Shown: one piece after another, positions 7,988-18,750 of the stretch
How the letters are laid out: the number at the start of each line of letters is the position of its first letter
Position numbering within the stretch: position 1 is the first letter of the stretch
Assembly: GCA_045640825.1 (NCBI GenBank)
Contig: JAZUFR010000022.1
Span: forward strand, 403-64,402
Direction: 5' to 3'
Length of the DNA: 64,000 bases
From: Bacteroidaceae bacterium
Lineage (GTDB): Bacteria > Bacteroidota > Bacteroidia > Bacteroidales > Bacteroidaceae
The notes under the pieces: model-generated
Database searches by the model: none
Seen by the model: the letters and a program-made list of their open reading frames with translations, nothing else
Told to the model about the DNA's origin: nothing
Made by a program: the position numbers and the translations under genes

Positions 7988-10900
7988 TCAATCTAGTCTG
8001 GAATCAATCATTTTGGCTATGTCATCATCCTGAGAGGTATAGTTGGATTTGAGTGACAGCAGATACTGTCTGGCCTCTACATCCTTACCCTGTGACTTAT
8101 ATATGTCGCTGAGCAGTATAAAACTGCGGGCCAGCCAGTACATGTGTGGAGTACCCTCCTGGATAAAATTCATTATAACCTTCTCGGCACCGGCCTTGTC
8201 TCCGCTGTCAAACAACATCTGACTGAGCAGGTAGTCAGACTCTGCGCCCCATGCTGAACGGGTATCCTTGGAGAGTTCCTCAAGTACCGGACGTGCCTGG
8301 CTGTAGCTCTTATCATCCAGGAGTGCTTTTGCCTTCCAGTAGCTGACCTCTGTCTTCTGGTCTGCAGCCGTAATCTGCTTGAGTGCCGCATCGGCATATT
8401 CCAGTACGGCGTCATACTCTTCTATCTGTCCTGCACTGGATACAATACGGTATAGGCTGCGACGCTGGCGTGCAGCATCCAGGGTCTTGTTATACAGTCT
8501 TATATAGGCATCCATGGATGTCTCCCAGTCTCCTACGTTCCAGGCCATGGATGCGGCACGGTCAAGTGCACCCTCGCAAAAACGGCTGTCGGTATAGGAG
8601 GCGGCATGCATATAGCTTGCATACGCATTGTCATAGTCATTGTTCTCCTCGAGTATAAGAGCCTTGTAGTACCATGCGTTAGCAGCAAATGCACCATTCG
8701 GATACTGCTCAAGATACTCATTGAACCTCTGGGCGGCCTGCTTACTGTCTCCACGGCTAAACAGGCTCTCGGCTGCAGTATAGGTCAGCGAGTCACGCTC
8801 GCTTACTGCAATGGGAGCAGACTGACTTACATTCTCTGCATAGGCAAGATATGAGTTTATATCTCCCTTGTCCACGTAGATTGACTTGAGGTCTGCAAGA
8901 GCCGTACGGGCCTCGTCGCTTCCGGGATAACGTGAAATAACATCCTTGTATGCTGCTATTGCCTCATCGTACTTGTCTGTCTGATAATAGATCAGGGCCA
9001 TCTCTGCACTTGCCTTGCGCGCCAGGTCAGTATCGGGATAAGAATCCTTAATCCTTTCAAACACACCGATTGCTGCATCGGGCTGGTCAGTCTGCTGATA
9101 GGCACGTCCCTCCTCATACAGAGCGGCTGGAATATACGGGGACTCCGGATATGAACTTACAAGCTTGTCCATATTGCTGATCTTGAGCCTGTAGTCGCGC
9201 TGCAGTCCGTTAACCATAGCAGTCTGGTAGAGGGCATAATCGCCGGTGGACCTGTCAAGGTTCATGGCCATTCCATAATACTCACAGGCCTGATCATACT
9301 GGCGCTCAAAGAACATGCAGTCACCTGCACGCAGCGCGGCATCGGCAGTAATATTGCTTGGAAGTCCTGCCTTATCGGCATTCTGTATAACAGTACGCAG
9401 AACTCTCCAGGCCTTGTCATAAGACTTGGAGTTATAGTATATATATCCCAGTCCATAGTTGGCCAGACAGCTATTCTGTGATATTCCGTTGCCGGCAATG
9501 GACAGGTAACGGTAGTAGTCAGATTCGGCCTTGCTCATGTCATCCAGGCGGTAATAGCACTCACCTCTCCAGTACATGGCCTGGGCTGCTGTCTGGCGGT
9601 CATGGCTGTCCAGCGCAATTACATCTGTAAGCAGCGGAGTAGCCTCTTCATAACGGCCCGATGCAATCAGATCCAGAGCCTTCCTGTACAGGAGCTGCAT
9701 CTTGGCCGATATTATCTGTGAGTCTGGGTTCTTGATCTTGTCAATAGACGCCAGGGCAGCATCGTAACTCGATGTGCTCATATATTCATCTACAAGATAT
9801 CCGCTTACCTGTTCAGCATAGCTGGACTCAGGATAATCATTCAGGAAACGCTCAAAAGTTGTTACAGACTCTGCAAACGGAGAATATGCGGTCTCATGTA
9901 TAACCATTGCATAGTTGTACAGTGCCTGCTCCCTTACCTCTGGCTTGCCGGGTATGGAAGACGCCAGTTCAAAAGACATGCGGGCCATATCCTTGTTACC
10001 GTTGGACAGGGCTGCAAGACCCATGTGGAGGGCCGCATTCTGGCTCACTGCATCCTGGGATCCAAGCACCTTGGAAAGGTTGGAAATGGCACCGTCCATA
10101 TTACCGGACCTGTACTGTGATATACCAAGCAGATAAATGTCATACCTCTTGTCGCCAAGTGTATCGGCGTTTACATATCCGTCAAGGAACTGGGCAGCCT
10201 TGGTAAAATCACCCTCACGGTACCAGTACTCACCCATAATCCTACCTGCCTCGGCCTTGAGACTTGGATCCTGCGACGTCTCTGCAATCTCACGTGCTGT
10301 TCCGTATGCCTTTACAGCATCGCCTCCCAGGTGAATGTCCATGTCGGCCAGATACAGACGGGCCTCATCGGCATGACGGGATTCGAGAGAATGCTCAAAA
10401 CCTGTTCTGGCTGAGCTGTTCTTACCGTTTACATAATCCACGAATGCACTGTAAAACACCAGGTCCTCATCTTTCTCAGGATAGTCTGTCAGTCTTTCCA
10501 GGATCTCCAGCTGCATATATCCCTCCTGAACACGTCCGGTCCTTATGAGCGATATGGCACTCTGGCGCAGCAGACGTCTGGTATCGGCATCACTGAGCAG
10601 CAATGGGTCACAGTCGTCAAAACACTCCAGGGCCTTTGTGTATTCATGGTTTGTAAAATACGCCGAACCCATAAGGGCATACATCCTGTTGCAGTACATG
10701 GATTTGGGGTATCTGGCAATAAACTCCTCGAGCACGGGAATGGCGTTTGCCATATCCTTCTCGGCCTTGATGACTGTACGCATGTAGTCTGTCTCCTCGG
10801 TACGGGCAGTTCCCCTGGAACCTCCCTTACCCTGCCAGTTGTCCAGAACTGTTCCTGCTGCCGTGTAGTCACCCTGTTCAAACAGGGAACGGCATTCGTC

Positions 10901-11005
10901 AAGCATACGTGACGCATCATCGGCCACACGTGCCTGAGCCCATGCCTGGCACGGCATGCCAGCCATAACCATGAACACGGCATTTATAATGAATCCTTTA
11001 CTCAT
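7988..11005 (-). CDS. large periplasmic tetratricopeptide-repeat (TPR) protein
   Basis: 1005 aa. Signal peptide ...CQAWAQA, then many TPR-like A/Y/L-rich helical repeats along the whole length. Confidence 0.65.
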   Translation of the reverse strand: MSKGFIINAVFMVMAGMPCQAWAQARVADDASRMLDECRSLFEQGDYTAAGTVLDNWQGKGGSRGTARTEETDYMRTVIKAEKDMANAIPVLEEFIARYPKSMYCNRMYALMGSAYFTNHEYTKALECFDDCDPLLLSDADTRRLLRQSAISLIRTGRVQEGYMQLEILERLTDYPEKDEDLVFYSAFVDYVNGKNSSARTGFEHSLESRHADEARLYLADMDIHLGGDAVKAYGTAREIAETSQDPSLKAEAGRIMGEYWYREGDFTKAAQFLDGYVNADTLGDKRYDIYLLGISQYRSGNMDGAISNLSKVLGSQDAVSQNAALHMGLAALSNGNKDMARMSFELASSIPGKPEVREQALYNYAMVIHETAYSPFAESVTTFERFLNDYPESSYAEQVSGYLVDEYMSTSSYDAALASIDKIKNPDSQIISAKMQLLYRKALDLIASGRYEEATPLLTDVIALDSHDRQTAAQAMYWRGECYYRLDDMSKAESDYYRYLSIAGNGISQNSCLANYGLGYIYYNSKSYDKAWRVLRTVIQNADKAGLPSNITADAALRAGDCMFFERQYDQACEYYGMAMNLDRSTGDYALYQTAMVNGLQRDYRLKISNMDKLVSSYPESPYIPAALYEEGRAYQQTDQPDAAIGVFERIKDSYPDTDLARKASAEMALIYYQTDKYDEAIAAYKDVISRYPGSDEARTALADLKSIYVDKGDINSYLAYAENVSQSAPIAVSERDSLTYTAAESLFSRGDSKQAAQRFNEYLEQYPNGAFAANAWYYKALILEENNDYDNAYASYMHAASYTDSRFCEGALDRAASMAWNVGDWETSMDAYIRLYNKTLDAARQRRSLYRIVSSAGQIEEYDAVLEYADAALKQITAADQKTEVSYWKAKALLDDKSYSQARPVLEELSKDTRSAWGAESDYLLSQMLFDSGDKAGAEKVIMNFIQEGTPHMYWLARSFILLSDIYKSQGKDVEARQYLLSLKSNYTSQDDDIAKMIDSRLD

Positions 11006-11007
11006 AT

Positions 11008-11439
11008 TCAGTATTGTTTATTGTACCACATTTCCAGGGCGCGGTTCTCGGCGGCCTCCATGATAGCCCTTTCTCCGCGTCCCTTGTCATTTATGCCGCA
11101 CAGGTGCAGCACTCCATGTATTATAACTCTCATCAGTTCCCGCTCATAAGACGAATTGAACTGCAAACTGTTACTTTGAACCGTATCAAGACTTATATAC
11201 ATATCACCGCTCACTACCTTGGGTTCGCTGTAGTCAAAAGTGATTATATCTGTATAGTAGTCATGTCCAAGAAACTGGTTGTTAACCTCGAGTATACGGG
11301 CGTCATTGCAGAAAATATAGTTCAGGTTTCCTACCTTGCGTCCCTGATATGAGGCCGCAACAGCGCCAATCCATGCCTTTACAGCCTTACGGTCCAGCCT
11401 GGGCATTGGAATATTCTCGTTTATGAATGATATGCTCAT
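11008..11439 (-). CDS. ybeY: rRNA maturation endoribonuclease YbeY
   Basis: 143 aa with the metal-binding motif HGVLHLCGINDK. Confidence 0.9.
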   Translation of the reverse strand: MSISFINENIPMPRLDRKAVKAWIGAVAASYQGRKVGNLNYIFCNDARILEVNNQFLGHDYYTDIITFDYSEPKVVSGDMYISLDTVQSNSLQFNSSYERELMRVIIHGVLHLCGINDKGRGERAIMEAAENRALEMWYNKQY

Positions 11440-11445
11440 AGTGCC

Positions 11446-12672
11446 TTATCCAAAAAACAGGTAACCCAGCAGTATTGCAGCAATTATACCGGCAAAATCG
11501 GCCAGCAGGCCACAGCCCACTGCATATCGGGTGTTTTTAATATTCACACTTCCAAAATAGACTGCAAGTATGTAGAACGTAGTGTCTGTAGAGCCCTGGA
11601 AGAGACAGGCCATACGTCCTGCAAACGAGTCTGCGCCATAGGTGGTCATGGCATCAATCATAAGTCCCCTGGCACCTCCACCCGACAGGGGTTTCATGAG
11701 AGCCGTAGGCAGTGCTCCTACAAACTGGCTGTCCAATCCGCATTTCTCGGCACACCAGCCAATACCGCCTATTAGAGCATCCATTGCTCCCGATGCACGG
11801 AACACTCCAATACCCACAAGTATTGCCACCAGGTATGGGATAATCTTTACAGCTGTCTGGAAACCATCCTTGGCACCCTCCACAAAAGCCTCATACACAT
11901 TTATCCTGGTACAGATGCCAGAAATCATGAATCCCACTATAACCAAAAGCAGTATGATATTTGCCACCGATGTAGATACCGGTCCTATCTTTACGGCTGG
12001 CAGGCTCATGAATCCCCATATTATGAGTGCCACAACGGTGCTCAGACCGCCCAGAAACAGTACCAGGACCTTGTCCAGCCTTATTCTCTGTTTCCAGCAT
12101 GTTACCAGCAGACCCACCATGGTCGAAAAGAATGTGGCAAGCAGTATGGGTATGAACACATCGGCCGGCTGGGCTGCACCCATCTGTGCCCTGTAAACCA
12201 GAACACTTACCGGTACTATTGTAAGGCCCGATGTATTCAGGACCAGGAACATGATCATTGCGTCCGATGCCCTGTCTTTCTGCTCATTTATTTCCTGCAT
12301 GCGCTCCATAGCCTTGAGTCCCATGGGAGTTGCAGCATTGTCAAGTCCAAGCATGTTGGCGGCTATGTTCATGAATATATGACCGTATGCCGGATCATTC
12401 TTGGGTATGGATGGGAACAGACGTGAGAAAACTGGGCTCAGCATCCTTGCAAACTTGTCTACAAGACCGCCCTTCTCTCCTATTTTCATTATACCAAGCC
12501 AGAGAGAAAGTACTCCGGTCAGTCCAATTGATATTTCAAATCCAGTTCTGGCACTGGAAAAAGTAGAGTCCATTATCTCTTGGAATACACCGGCATCGCC
12601 CATGCACAGCCTGATAACAGCCACTGCAAAGGCAATCAGAAAAAAAGAAACCCAGATCCAGTTAAGTACCAT
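11446..12672 (-). CDS. nucleoside-recognition (Gate) domain membrane protein, fused SpmA/SpmB-like
   Basis: 408 aa, polytopic, with two Gate-like halves. Family call is by resemblance only. Confidence 0.6.
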   Translation of the reverse strand: MVLNWIWVSFFLIAFAVAVIRLCMGDAGVFQEIMDSTFSSARTGFEISIGLTGVLSLWLGIMKIGEKGGLVDKFARMLSPVFSRLFPSIPKNDPAYGHIFMNIAANMLGLDNAATPMGLKAMERMQEINEQKDRASDAMIMFLVLNTSGLTIVPVSVLVYRAQMGAAQPADVFIPILLATFFSTMVGLLVTCWKQRIRLDKVLVLFLGGLSTVVALIIWGFMSLPAVKIGPVSTSVANIILLLVIVGFMISGICTRINVYEAFVEGAKDGFQTAVKIIPYLVAILVGIGVFRASGAMDALIGGIGWCAEKCGLDSQFVGALPTALMKPLSGGGARGLMIDAMTTYGADSFAGRMACLFQGSTDTTFYILAVYFGSVNIKNTRYAVGCGLLADFAGIIAAILLGYLFFG

Positions 12673-12744
12673 ATTTTATTTTTGTACGAAGATACTGCAA
12701 AATAGACTTACTTCCACCATGGCTAATGCAAATTGTTGCACACT

Positions 12745-15700
12745 CTATTCCACTGTAACTGACTGCGCTGCGGTAGTGGCGCGGAAAGCCGGGGCATACA
12801 GGCACTGCAGCACTGCGGGTGCAACCATGAACTGACCTGGTTTCTGGACAGTAACTTCATACTCAATTATGTAGCTGCCTTTTTCCAGACGGTCTATGTA
12901 GAACACATTACGGGTATTCTCCGGTGCCGTATAGTATGCTATGCCATCTCTCCAGTCCATATTGTATCCGGCACGCGTGCTGACCGGCTCAAAAGTGGCA
13001 GCACGTCCGTCACGCAACTGTACATACTCAACTGCGCGGTCCGTAGAGAGTTCAAACCTTAGCTTTACACGGTCGCCGGCTTTCAGGACTGTACCTTTCT
13101 GTATGAGTCTGAATCCATCGGGTTCTACCAGCCAGAGAGTCCTGTTCAGGGTCATACCGTTACTGCTGTGTTCCACCTTGTCCATCTCCTCTGTAAAGCT
13201 GCGGAACACTGCACCCCAGCTTATTCCCTCCGTGCGGCTTTCTACAGAAACCCGTGCCATATTAGGAGTAACATAGTCCCAGGCAGCTGTTGTATAACCC
13301 GCTGTAACCCTGGAGGTATCGGCCTTAACCGTGTGACTGCCAACTGTTATGGTTACATCGGGGGCCGTTCCAAGGCTCCTGTTGCCACCGGTTGCCAGCA
13401 GTGCAACCACAGCCTGCGCAGTGGCTGGCGATGAGCCCCATCCGCTGGTCTGTTTCTGCTTGAGCAGCCATCGGGCCGACTGGACAGCCTCCTCATTGCG
13501 ACCTACAGACAAGAGAACACGGATAATCAGTGCCTGGGTCTCAATGGGAGCCTCATGCCACATGAATCCGCCCTGATTGTCCCGCCAGTATCTGCCCATC
13601 TCCTCGTCGTAGAGCGAGCGCTCCACAAGCGTGGCAGCCACACGCTGGGCATCGTCGGCCTTTCCAGTACGGGCCAGGAATAATGCAAGCCTTGCACGGC
13701 TGTATATATCCATATTGTGGGTAGACTGGCTCATGGCAATGCTCTCAAAACGCCTGTATGCAGAGCGGGCGCTGCTGCTGAATGCCTGCGTGTAGTATGT
13801 CCTTAATATGAGCCAGTCAAGCTGGGAACATGTAAGAGCCGTCATATTACTGGTTTGCTCAGACTCAAGTGCATACTGTGAATCCAGCCACTCAAGTCCT
13901 CTGGACAGGGCTTCCCTGATCCGGTCAGACAGGGCTATTGCACCATTCTCCATGAGTATTCCCATGGACTGGAGAATCTGTGCCGTTACGTAAACACTGG
14001 AACTGCCACCGCTCATCCAGGGCCAGCCGCCATCCTGCAGCTGTTCATCTGCAAGTCTTGCAAGGGCTGTTTCCATGGCCTCTGCTATCTGGGCCTCATC
14101 AAGAGCCATTGCCAGGCGGCGCAGATGCGAATTGCCATCCTGAAGGGTCCAAGGGGTCTCATTCTCAAGAGTCTGGGTCAAATCCGCATTCTGTTCAGCC
14201 TGTTTTTCCCAGGCTGTAGGCTCAATATTCCTCCACTCCTCCAGCATCTGGCCAATCTCGGGGTTGCGCTCCACTATGTTCCTGGTGATGGCTGCTCCCA
14301 TAAGACTGTAGATCATGCCTATGTTGCTTATGTCTGTTGTCCGTATTATGGAAGGCAAAGACTGGATTGCATACCATATAGGGTTTGAACTGTATTCAAG
14401 AATAAGCTGTTCATTATCCATGGTCCTTGAACGTGGCTCAGACAGCTCCCCAAAATTAAAACTGCGTTTCTCATTGCCATTATTGAACAGAGACAGAGAC
14501 TGCACAACCTGCATCCTGCTGCTCAGTACCGGCACGGTCTGACGCACGGCATCGGAGTATGCATGGGTCTTTACGGCCGATGTATATGTAATTGCCTGGG
14601 CATCTGCTGGCACACGCACACTAAAACTTACCTGCTGGCTGCCGTTTGCCGGTATCTCAATGCTCTTTACCGAGCTGCCCTGGACTGTTTTAAGCACCTT
14701 GCCGCTGAGGGCATCGGTCATGTCCAGGCTTACAGTGGCTTTTACTCTGGCATTGGTAAGGTTAGTTACTTTCTGGGTAAAATCCAGCACATCGCCCTGC
14801 CTGAGAAAACGCGGGGCCGATGGTTCTATCATAAGTTCCTTGCGGGTAATGAGCGTATCGGCAAACTGGCCTGAGCTTAGACTGTCCGTGTATGCAAATC
14901 CCTGAAGGCTCCAGCCTGTAAGCAGCTGCGGAGCATTGAACCTTATGTGGGCCACACCGGTGCTATCGGTCTTTATGCCTACCAGATAGAGTCCGGTAGG
15001 ATTCATGTCTGAACGGATTTCAAGGGCTTCTTGACTTGCTTTTGCCGGCACTTGGTCTGCCTCGGCCATATCAAAGGCCAAAGCACCAACAGATTCCTCC
15101 ATGGAATAATCCATACTGATGGCATTTTCACTTAGAACAATGCCGCTTGATTTCATCAGTCTGGCATTGCCCCTGAGCCTGAGTACCGGCGCGGAATATT
15201 CAAACGGATTTATAAGGTTTCCGGTTATGGCACGTTTGCCGGTATACTCCCTTACAGATCTGGAATAGTTTGCCGGATCATACATGCTGCTGAATCGGCT
15301 CGGATTTACAGCAGGGTTACGGTATTCAGGATAGACAGTTCTCCATGGCCTGAACCCCCAGTAGTTGGATGCATATTGATTCAGTGACAGGTCATACATA
15401 TCCATCATGAGGGTTGCACTTACAGGCTTACCCTGGCTGTCACTTACCCTGACAGTCCATTCCTGTGGAGAATCGGGCTCCATTATGCTGTCGGCAATCC
15501 CAAGCTCAACGTTCAGTCTGTGAGTATTGTCTGTAACATCAAACCCTACTGTCCTGTTGTCTGCCAGTCCCTCGTACAGTACTCCCAGATGTATGCTGAA
15601 AGAGCCCTTCATCTGGTCTGTTACAGGGATAGCAAGCACCTGCTGTCTGGAACCTGCCTGAACCGTGCCACGGTCTATTATTCCCTCACTGCTCTCCACA

Positions 15701-18666
15701 AAATACCATATCTGGGCACCTGCAAAGGCATAAGAATAATTAACGTAAACGGTATCGCCTACATTGGTCCTGTAGCACCCAACCATAGATTCCGAGCGTG
15801 GAAGGTCACATTCAGCCCACAGCCTGTCATCCGGACCGTATGGAACAAAGGTCCTTTGAGTAGGCAGTGTAAGGAGGTAATCCTGTTCAAAAGACTCATA
15901 GCCATCGGCACTGGCCTTAATCCTGTAATAACCGGATTTTGGAATAGAGAGCTTATAAGTGCATGAACCGTTGCTCTGGCATACAAAGTCTGCCTGGGCT
16001 ATTGTCTCTACAGGTTCCAGAGCCTTGGTAAGATTGAATTCAAACTCCGGGAAACGGGTTGGCAGGACTGTTCCCTGCACACTCTGGGTAATCTCTTTCC
16101 TGTAATAATCTTCCAGGTAACCCAGATCCAAAGGAATGAGAGGTTTCTCGGGCCAATCCACGCGTTCCACTTCCAGATGGATATTCCCTTTACCATTTGT
16201 AAGGTTCAGATGGATTATATGATTTCCGCTGGCATCGCGGCCAGGGACCGATGCCTGCACAGAGTTGTATAAACCGCCAACTTCATAATAACGCATACCG
16301 TCATGTGTCTCTCCATTCAGATCTGTAACCGTGGCAGTAACAGATACCTGATAACTGTCATCCATGAGCACATCCATTGGAATGTTTACTGGAAAACTAA
16401 AGCAGCCGTCGGAGTCCGTGATCAACTCACCCGAGTCGGCTCCGTACTGATACCTGTCATTCAGCACGCATAACCTGTGTATGGAATACTGTGGGAGATC
16501 AGCCTGCCATTTTACCTTTGCCCCGCTCACAGGGACGCCTGTATAGGAAACGGCCTTGCCCTTGACAGTAAACTCAGTTCCGGGATAGAGCAGATTGTCC
16601 ATTGGTTCCAGCTCCACCTTGAACTTGGGCTGGCGGAAAGACTCTACCATGAATCCACCGTGAACCATGCTGTTAGCATTATCTCCAGTCCCCTGTATTC
16701 TGGCCTGGATATGGTACGAACCAGGAAGTGCATTCCTGCCAAGCTGTACGGAGCTGTAAACAAGACCCATACTGTCTGTAACAAGATCATACTTCCTTAC
16801 AGACCTGTAGTCTGGATCCAGAATTTCCAGTTCCACCTTATACCCCTGGAGTGTATGGCCTTTCTCCATGCCGTTACATGTATAAGAGATCATAGAGATC
16901 TGAACCGAATCACCTGGAAGGTACACACCACGGTCCGTATACAACTTTCCACTTACACTCTGCTGGTTGTTGCGTATCCATGGTACGCTGAGCTCGCAGT
17001 TTCCGGTCTTGCCCTCACGGTCCAGTTCCAGTTTATAACGGCCGTTTTTAAGACCTTCTATTACAATGTAGCCATCGGATGCAGCAAAACCACTGGTAGC
17101 AACCTTTACCTGGGCACCATTGCCATCCAGGTTCCACAGGGTATAGCGACAGTCGGCAATGGGTTTGCCCGTACGCAGATTTACAGCAACTCCTTTTATG
17201 GCTCCATCATTGGCAATTGCACGTACAAAATCTATTGAATTACATTCCACATACTGGTAAGAAATGCGGTCTTTTGCGCTGAAATTGGGTCCTGTAGATG
17301 CCACAATATAGTAACATCCCTCCATGAGTGGAGTAACCTCAACCAGGGCTGCATGGGTAAGATAGTCCTTGGGATTATCTACATGCACTGTCCATTCCGT
17401 TACGGACTGAGCATAGCCTATCTGGGATAGCAGTTCATACTCAGATACATTGGTAGGCTGTCCGGCAACCTCTACCACTCTCATGTAAACCACATCGGTA
17501 TTGGCATACTCCAGCGCTATAAAATTAGCCCTGCCTGGCACCATGTCACCATTGTGTTTAATCCTGACGCTCTTGCACTCAATCTGGTCCAGCATATTCA
17601 TACAGGAGAAAGCACCCTCACTCTTTGGCCAGTGTTTTATGGCAAGCTCACAGGCCTTGTGGGCAAGCTGCATATATTCAGCCTGTCTCTCACGTGGCAA
17701 GGCATAACGGAAATCAACTATATGGCGTGCTGCCATTTCATAGAACATGGTGCTTGCCTTGAGTTTCTTCCTATAGGAATCTCCAAGTGTAATACAACCC
17801 TTCAGCCAGTCGTCGGTGGACTGACTCCATTCTCCGTTTGAACCGAGCAAGGTACTGAGTAATGACATCCTGCGCATGTCCACTGTTGCCCTAATGATTG
17901 GCTTGGTATCGCTGTTATGGCTGGTGAGCAGTTTAAGCACGTACAGAGGCCACAGGTCTGGATCTGTTGCGTCCAGAGATACCGTTGCCTCCAGGAAATC
18001 CATGGATGAGCCATACAGACGGCTGTCATTGAGAATGTCTCTTTTTAAAAGCGGCAAACGGGCCTCGGTAATGAGTACGGTTGCATTGTCCAGGAGCATG
18101 TCTGCCAGCGTAGGCCTCAGTTTAAGACCATCCTTGTTGCTGCCTGGAAAAAACTCCTTGTAATAGCCCGATGCCACATCGCCGGCAAGGGTTATGGATT
18201 GCTGCAGATGATACAGGATGGAATCGCACAACTGGGCTGCAGTAAGATCCTCCAGACCATCGGTAGCATTGTATATACGGTTGTCACGCAGCCTGTACCC
18301 GTTCCGGTTAAGATAGCTCTGATAACCCTTGGCTATAAAGGCATGGCATATAGCCCTGTGCTCCTTGACCTTGAGCTTGGGCAACAGCGAACAGAACAGT
18401 TCTATTCCTTTGGACACATTATTCTCACCATACTCAAAATCCACGCGGGTCATGTAGCATGCACTACGGAGCAACTGGCGGGAGTTTCCGTCCTTGGCGG
18501 CCATATCCCAGATGTGCTCAATCTCCTTGGCTGCACTCTGAGGAAGGTCCTTCTCTATCATCATGTCTACTTTCTTCCATGCACGTGAGTACTTGTCGGC
18601 CCTGACCGGCAAGCAGGAAAACGCCATGATGATTGACAGAATTGTAAGTCTGAATATGTGTCTCAT
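12745..18666 (-). CDS. alpha-2-macroglobulin family protein (thioester motif absent)
   Basis: About 1973 aa of beta-sandwich (MG-like) repeats followed by an alpha-helical TED-like region. Start set at MRHIFRLTILSIIMAFSCLPVRA (signal / possible lipobox, ATG 18666) rather than 18729. No C-x-E-Q tetrapeptide anywhere. Confidence 0.7.
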   Translation of the reverse strand: MRHIFRLTILSIIMAFSCLPVRADKYSRAWKKVDMMIEKDLPQSAAKEIEHIWDMAAKDGNSRQLLRSACYMTRVDFEYGENNVSKGIELFCSLLPKLKVKEHRAICHAFIAKGYQSYLNRNGYRLRDNRIYNATDGLEDLTAAQLCDSILYHLQQSITLAGDVASGYYKEFFPGSNKDGLKLRPTLADMLLDNATVLITEARLPLLKRDILNDSRLYGSSMDFLEATVSLDATDPDLWPLYVLKLLTSHNSDTKPIIRATVDMRRMSLLSTLLGSNGEWSQSTDDWLKGCITLGDSYRKKLKASTMFYEMAARHIVDFRYALPRERQAEYMQLAHKACELAIKHWPKSEGAFSCMNMLDQIECKSVRIKHNGDMVPGRANFIALEYANTDVVYMRVVEVAGQPTNVSEYELLSQIGYAQSVTEWTVHVDNPKDYLTHAALVEVTPLMEGCYYIVASTGPNFSAKDRISYQYVECNSIDFVRAIANDGAIKGVAVNLRTGKPIADCRYTLWNLDGNGAQVKVATSGFAASDGYIVIEGLKNGRYKLELDREGKTGNCELSVPWIRNNQQSVSGKLYTDRGVYLPGDSVQISMISYTCNGMEKGHTLQGYKVELEILDPDYRSVRKYDLVTDSMGLVYSSVQLGRNALPGSYHIQARIQGTGDNANSMVHGGFMVESFRQPKFKVELEPMDNLLYPGTEFTVKGKAVSYTGVPVSGAKVKWQADLPQYSIHRLCVLNDRYQYGADSGELITDSDGCFSFPVNIPMDVLMDDSYQVSVTATVTDLNGETHDGMRYYEVGGLYNSVQASVPGRDASGNHIIHLNLTNGKGNIHLEVERVDWPEKPLIPLDLGYLEDYYRKEITQSVQGTVLPTRFPEFEFNLTKALEPVETIAQADFVCQSNGSCTYKLSIPKSGYYRIKASADGYESFEQDYLLTLPTQRTFVPYGPDDRLWAECDLPRSESMVGCYRTNVGDTVYVNYSYAFAGAQIWYFVESSEGIIDRGTVQAGSRQQVLAIPVTDQMKGSFSIHLGVLYEGLADNRTVGFDVTDNTHRLNVELGIADSIMEPDSPQEWTVRVSDSQGKPVSATLMMDMYDLSLNQYASNYWGFRPWRTVYPEYRNPAVNPSRFSSMYDPANYSRSVREYTGKRAITGNLINPFEYSAPVLRLRGNARLMKSSGIVLSENAISMDYSMEESVGALAFDMAEADQVPAKASQEALEIRSDMNPTGLYLVGIKTDSTGVAHIRFNAPQLLTGWSLQGFAYTDSLSSGQFADTLITRKELMIEPSAPRFLRQGDVLDFTQKVTNLTNARVKATVSLDMTDALSGKVLKTVQGSSVKSIEIPANGSQQVSFSVRVPADAQAITYTSAVKTHAYSDAVRQTVPVLSSRMQVVQSLSLFNNGNEKRSFNFGELSEPRSRTMDNEQLILEYSSNPIWYAIQSLPSIIRTTDISNIGMIYSLMGAAITRNIVERNPEIGQMLEEWRNIEPTAWEKQAEQNADLTQTLENETPWTLQDGNSHLRRLAMALDEAQIAEAMETALARLADEQLQDGGWPWMSGGSSSVYVTAQILQSMGILMENGAIALSDRIREALSRGLEWLDSQYALESEQTSNMTALTCSQLDWLILRTYYTQAFSSSARSAYRRFESIAMSQSTHNMDIYSRARLALFLARTGKADDAQRVAATLVERSLYDEEMGRYWRDNQGGFMWHEAPIETQALIIRVLLSVGRNEEAVQSARWLLKQKQTSGWGSSPATAQAVVALLATGGNRSLGTAPDVTITVGSHTVKADTSRVTAGYTTAAWDYVTPNMARVSVESRTEGISWGAVFRSFTEEMDKVEHSSNGMTLNRTLWLVEPDGFRLIQKGTVLKAGDRVKLRFELSTDRAVEYVQLRDGRAATFEPVSTRAGYNMDWRDGIAYYTAPENTRNVFYIDRLEKGSYIIEYEVTVQKPGQFMVAPAVLQCLYAPAFRATTAAQSVTVE

Positions 18667-18750
18667 AAGCAATTCAATATTGTAACCTTTAGTATAAATA
18701 TGCCGAAAACGGCTGCAGGTTAATACCACAGCCGCTTAATCGTGTTGCTT

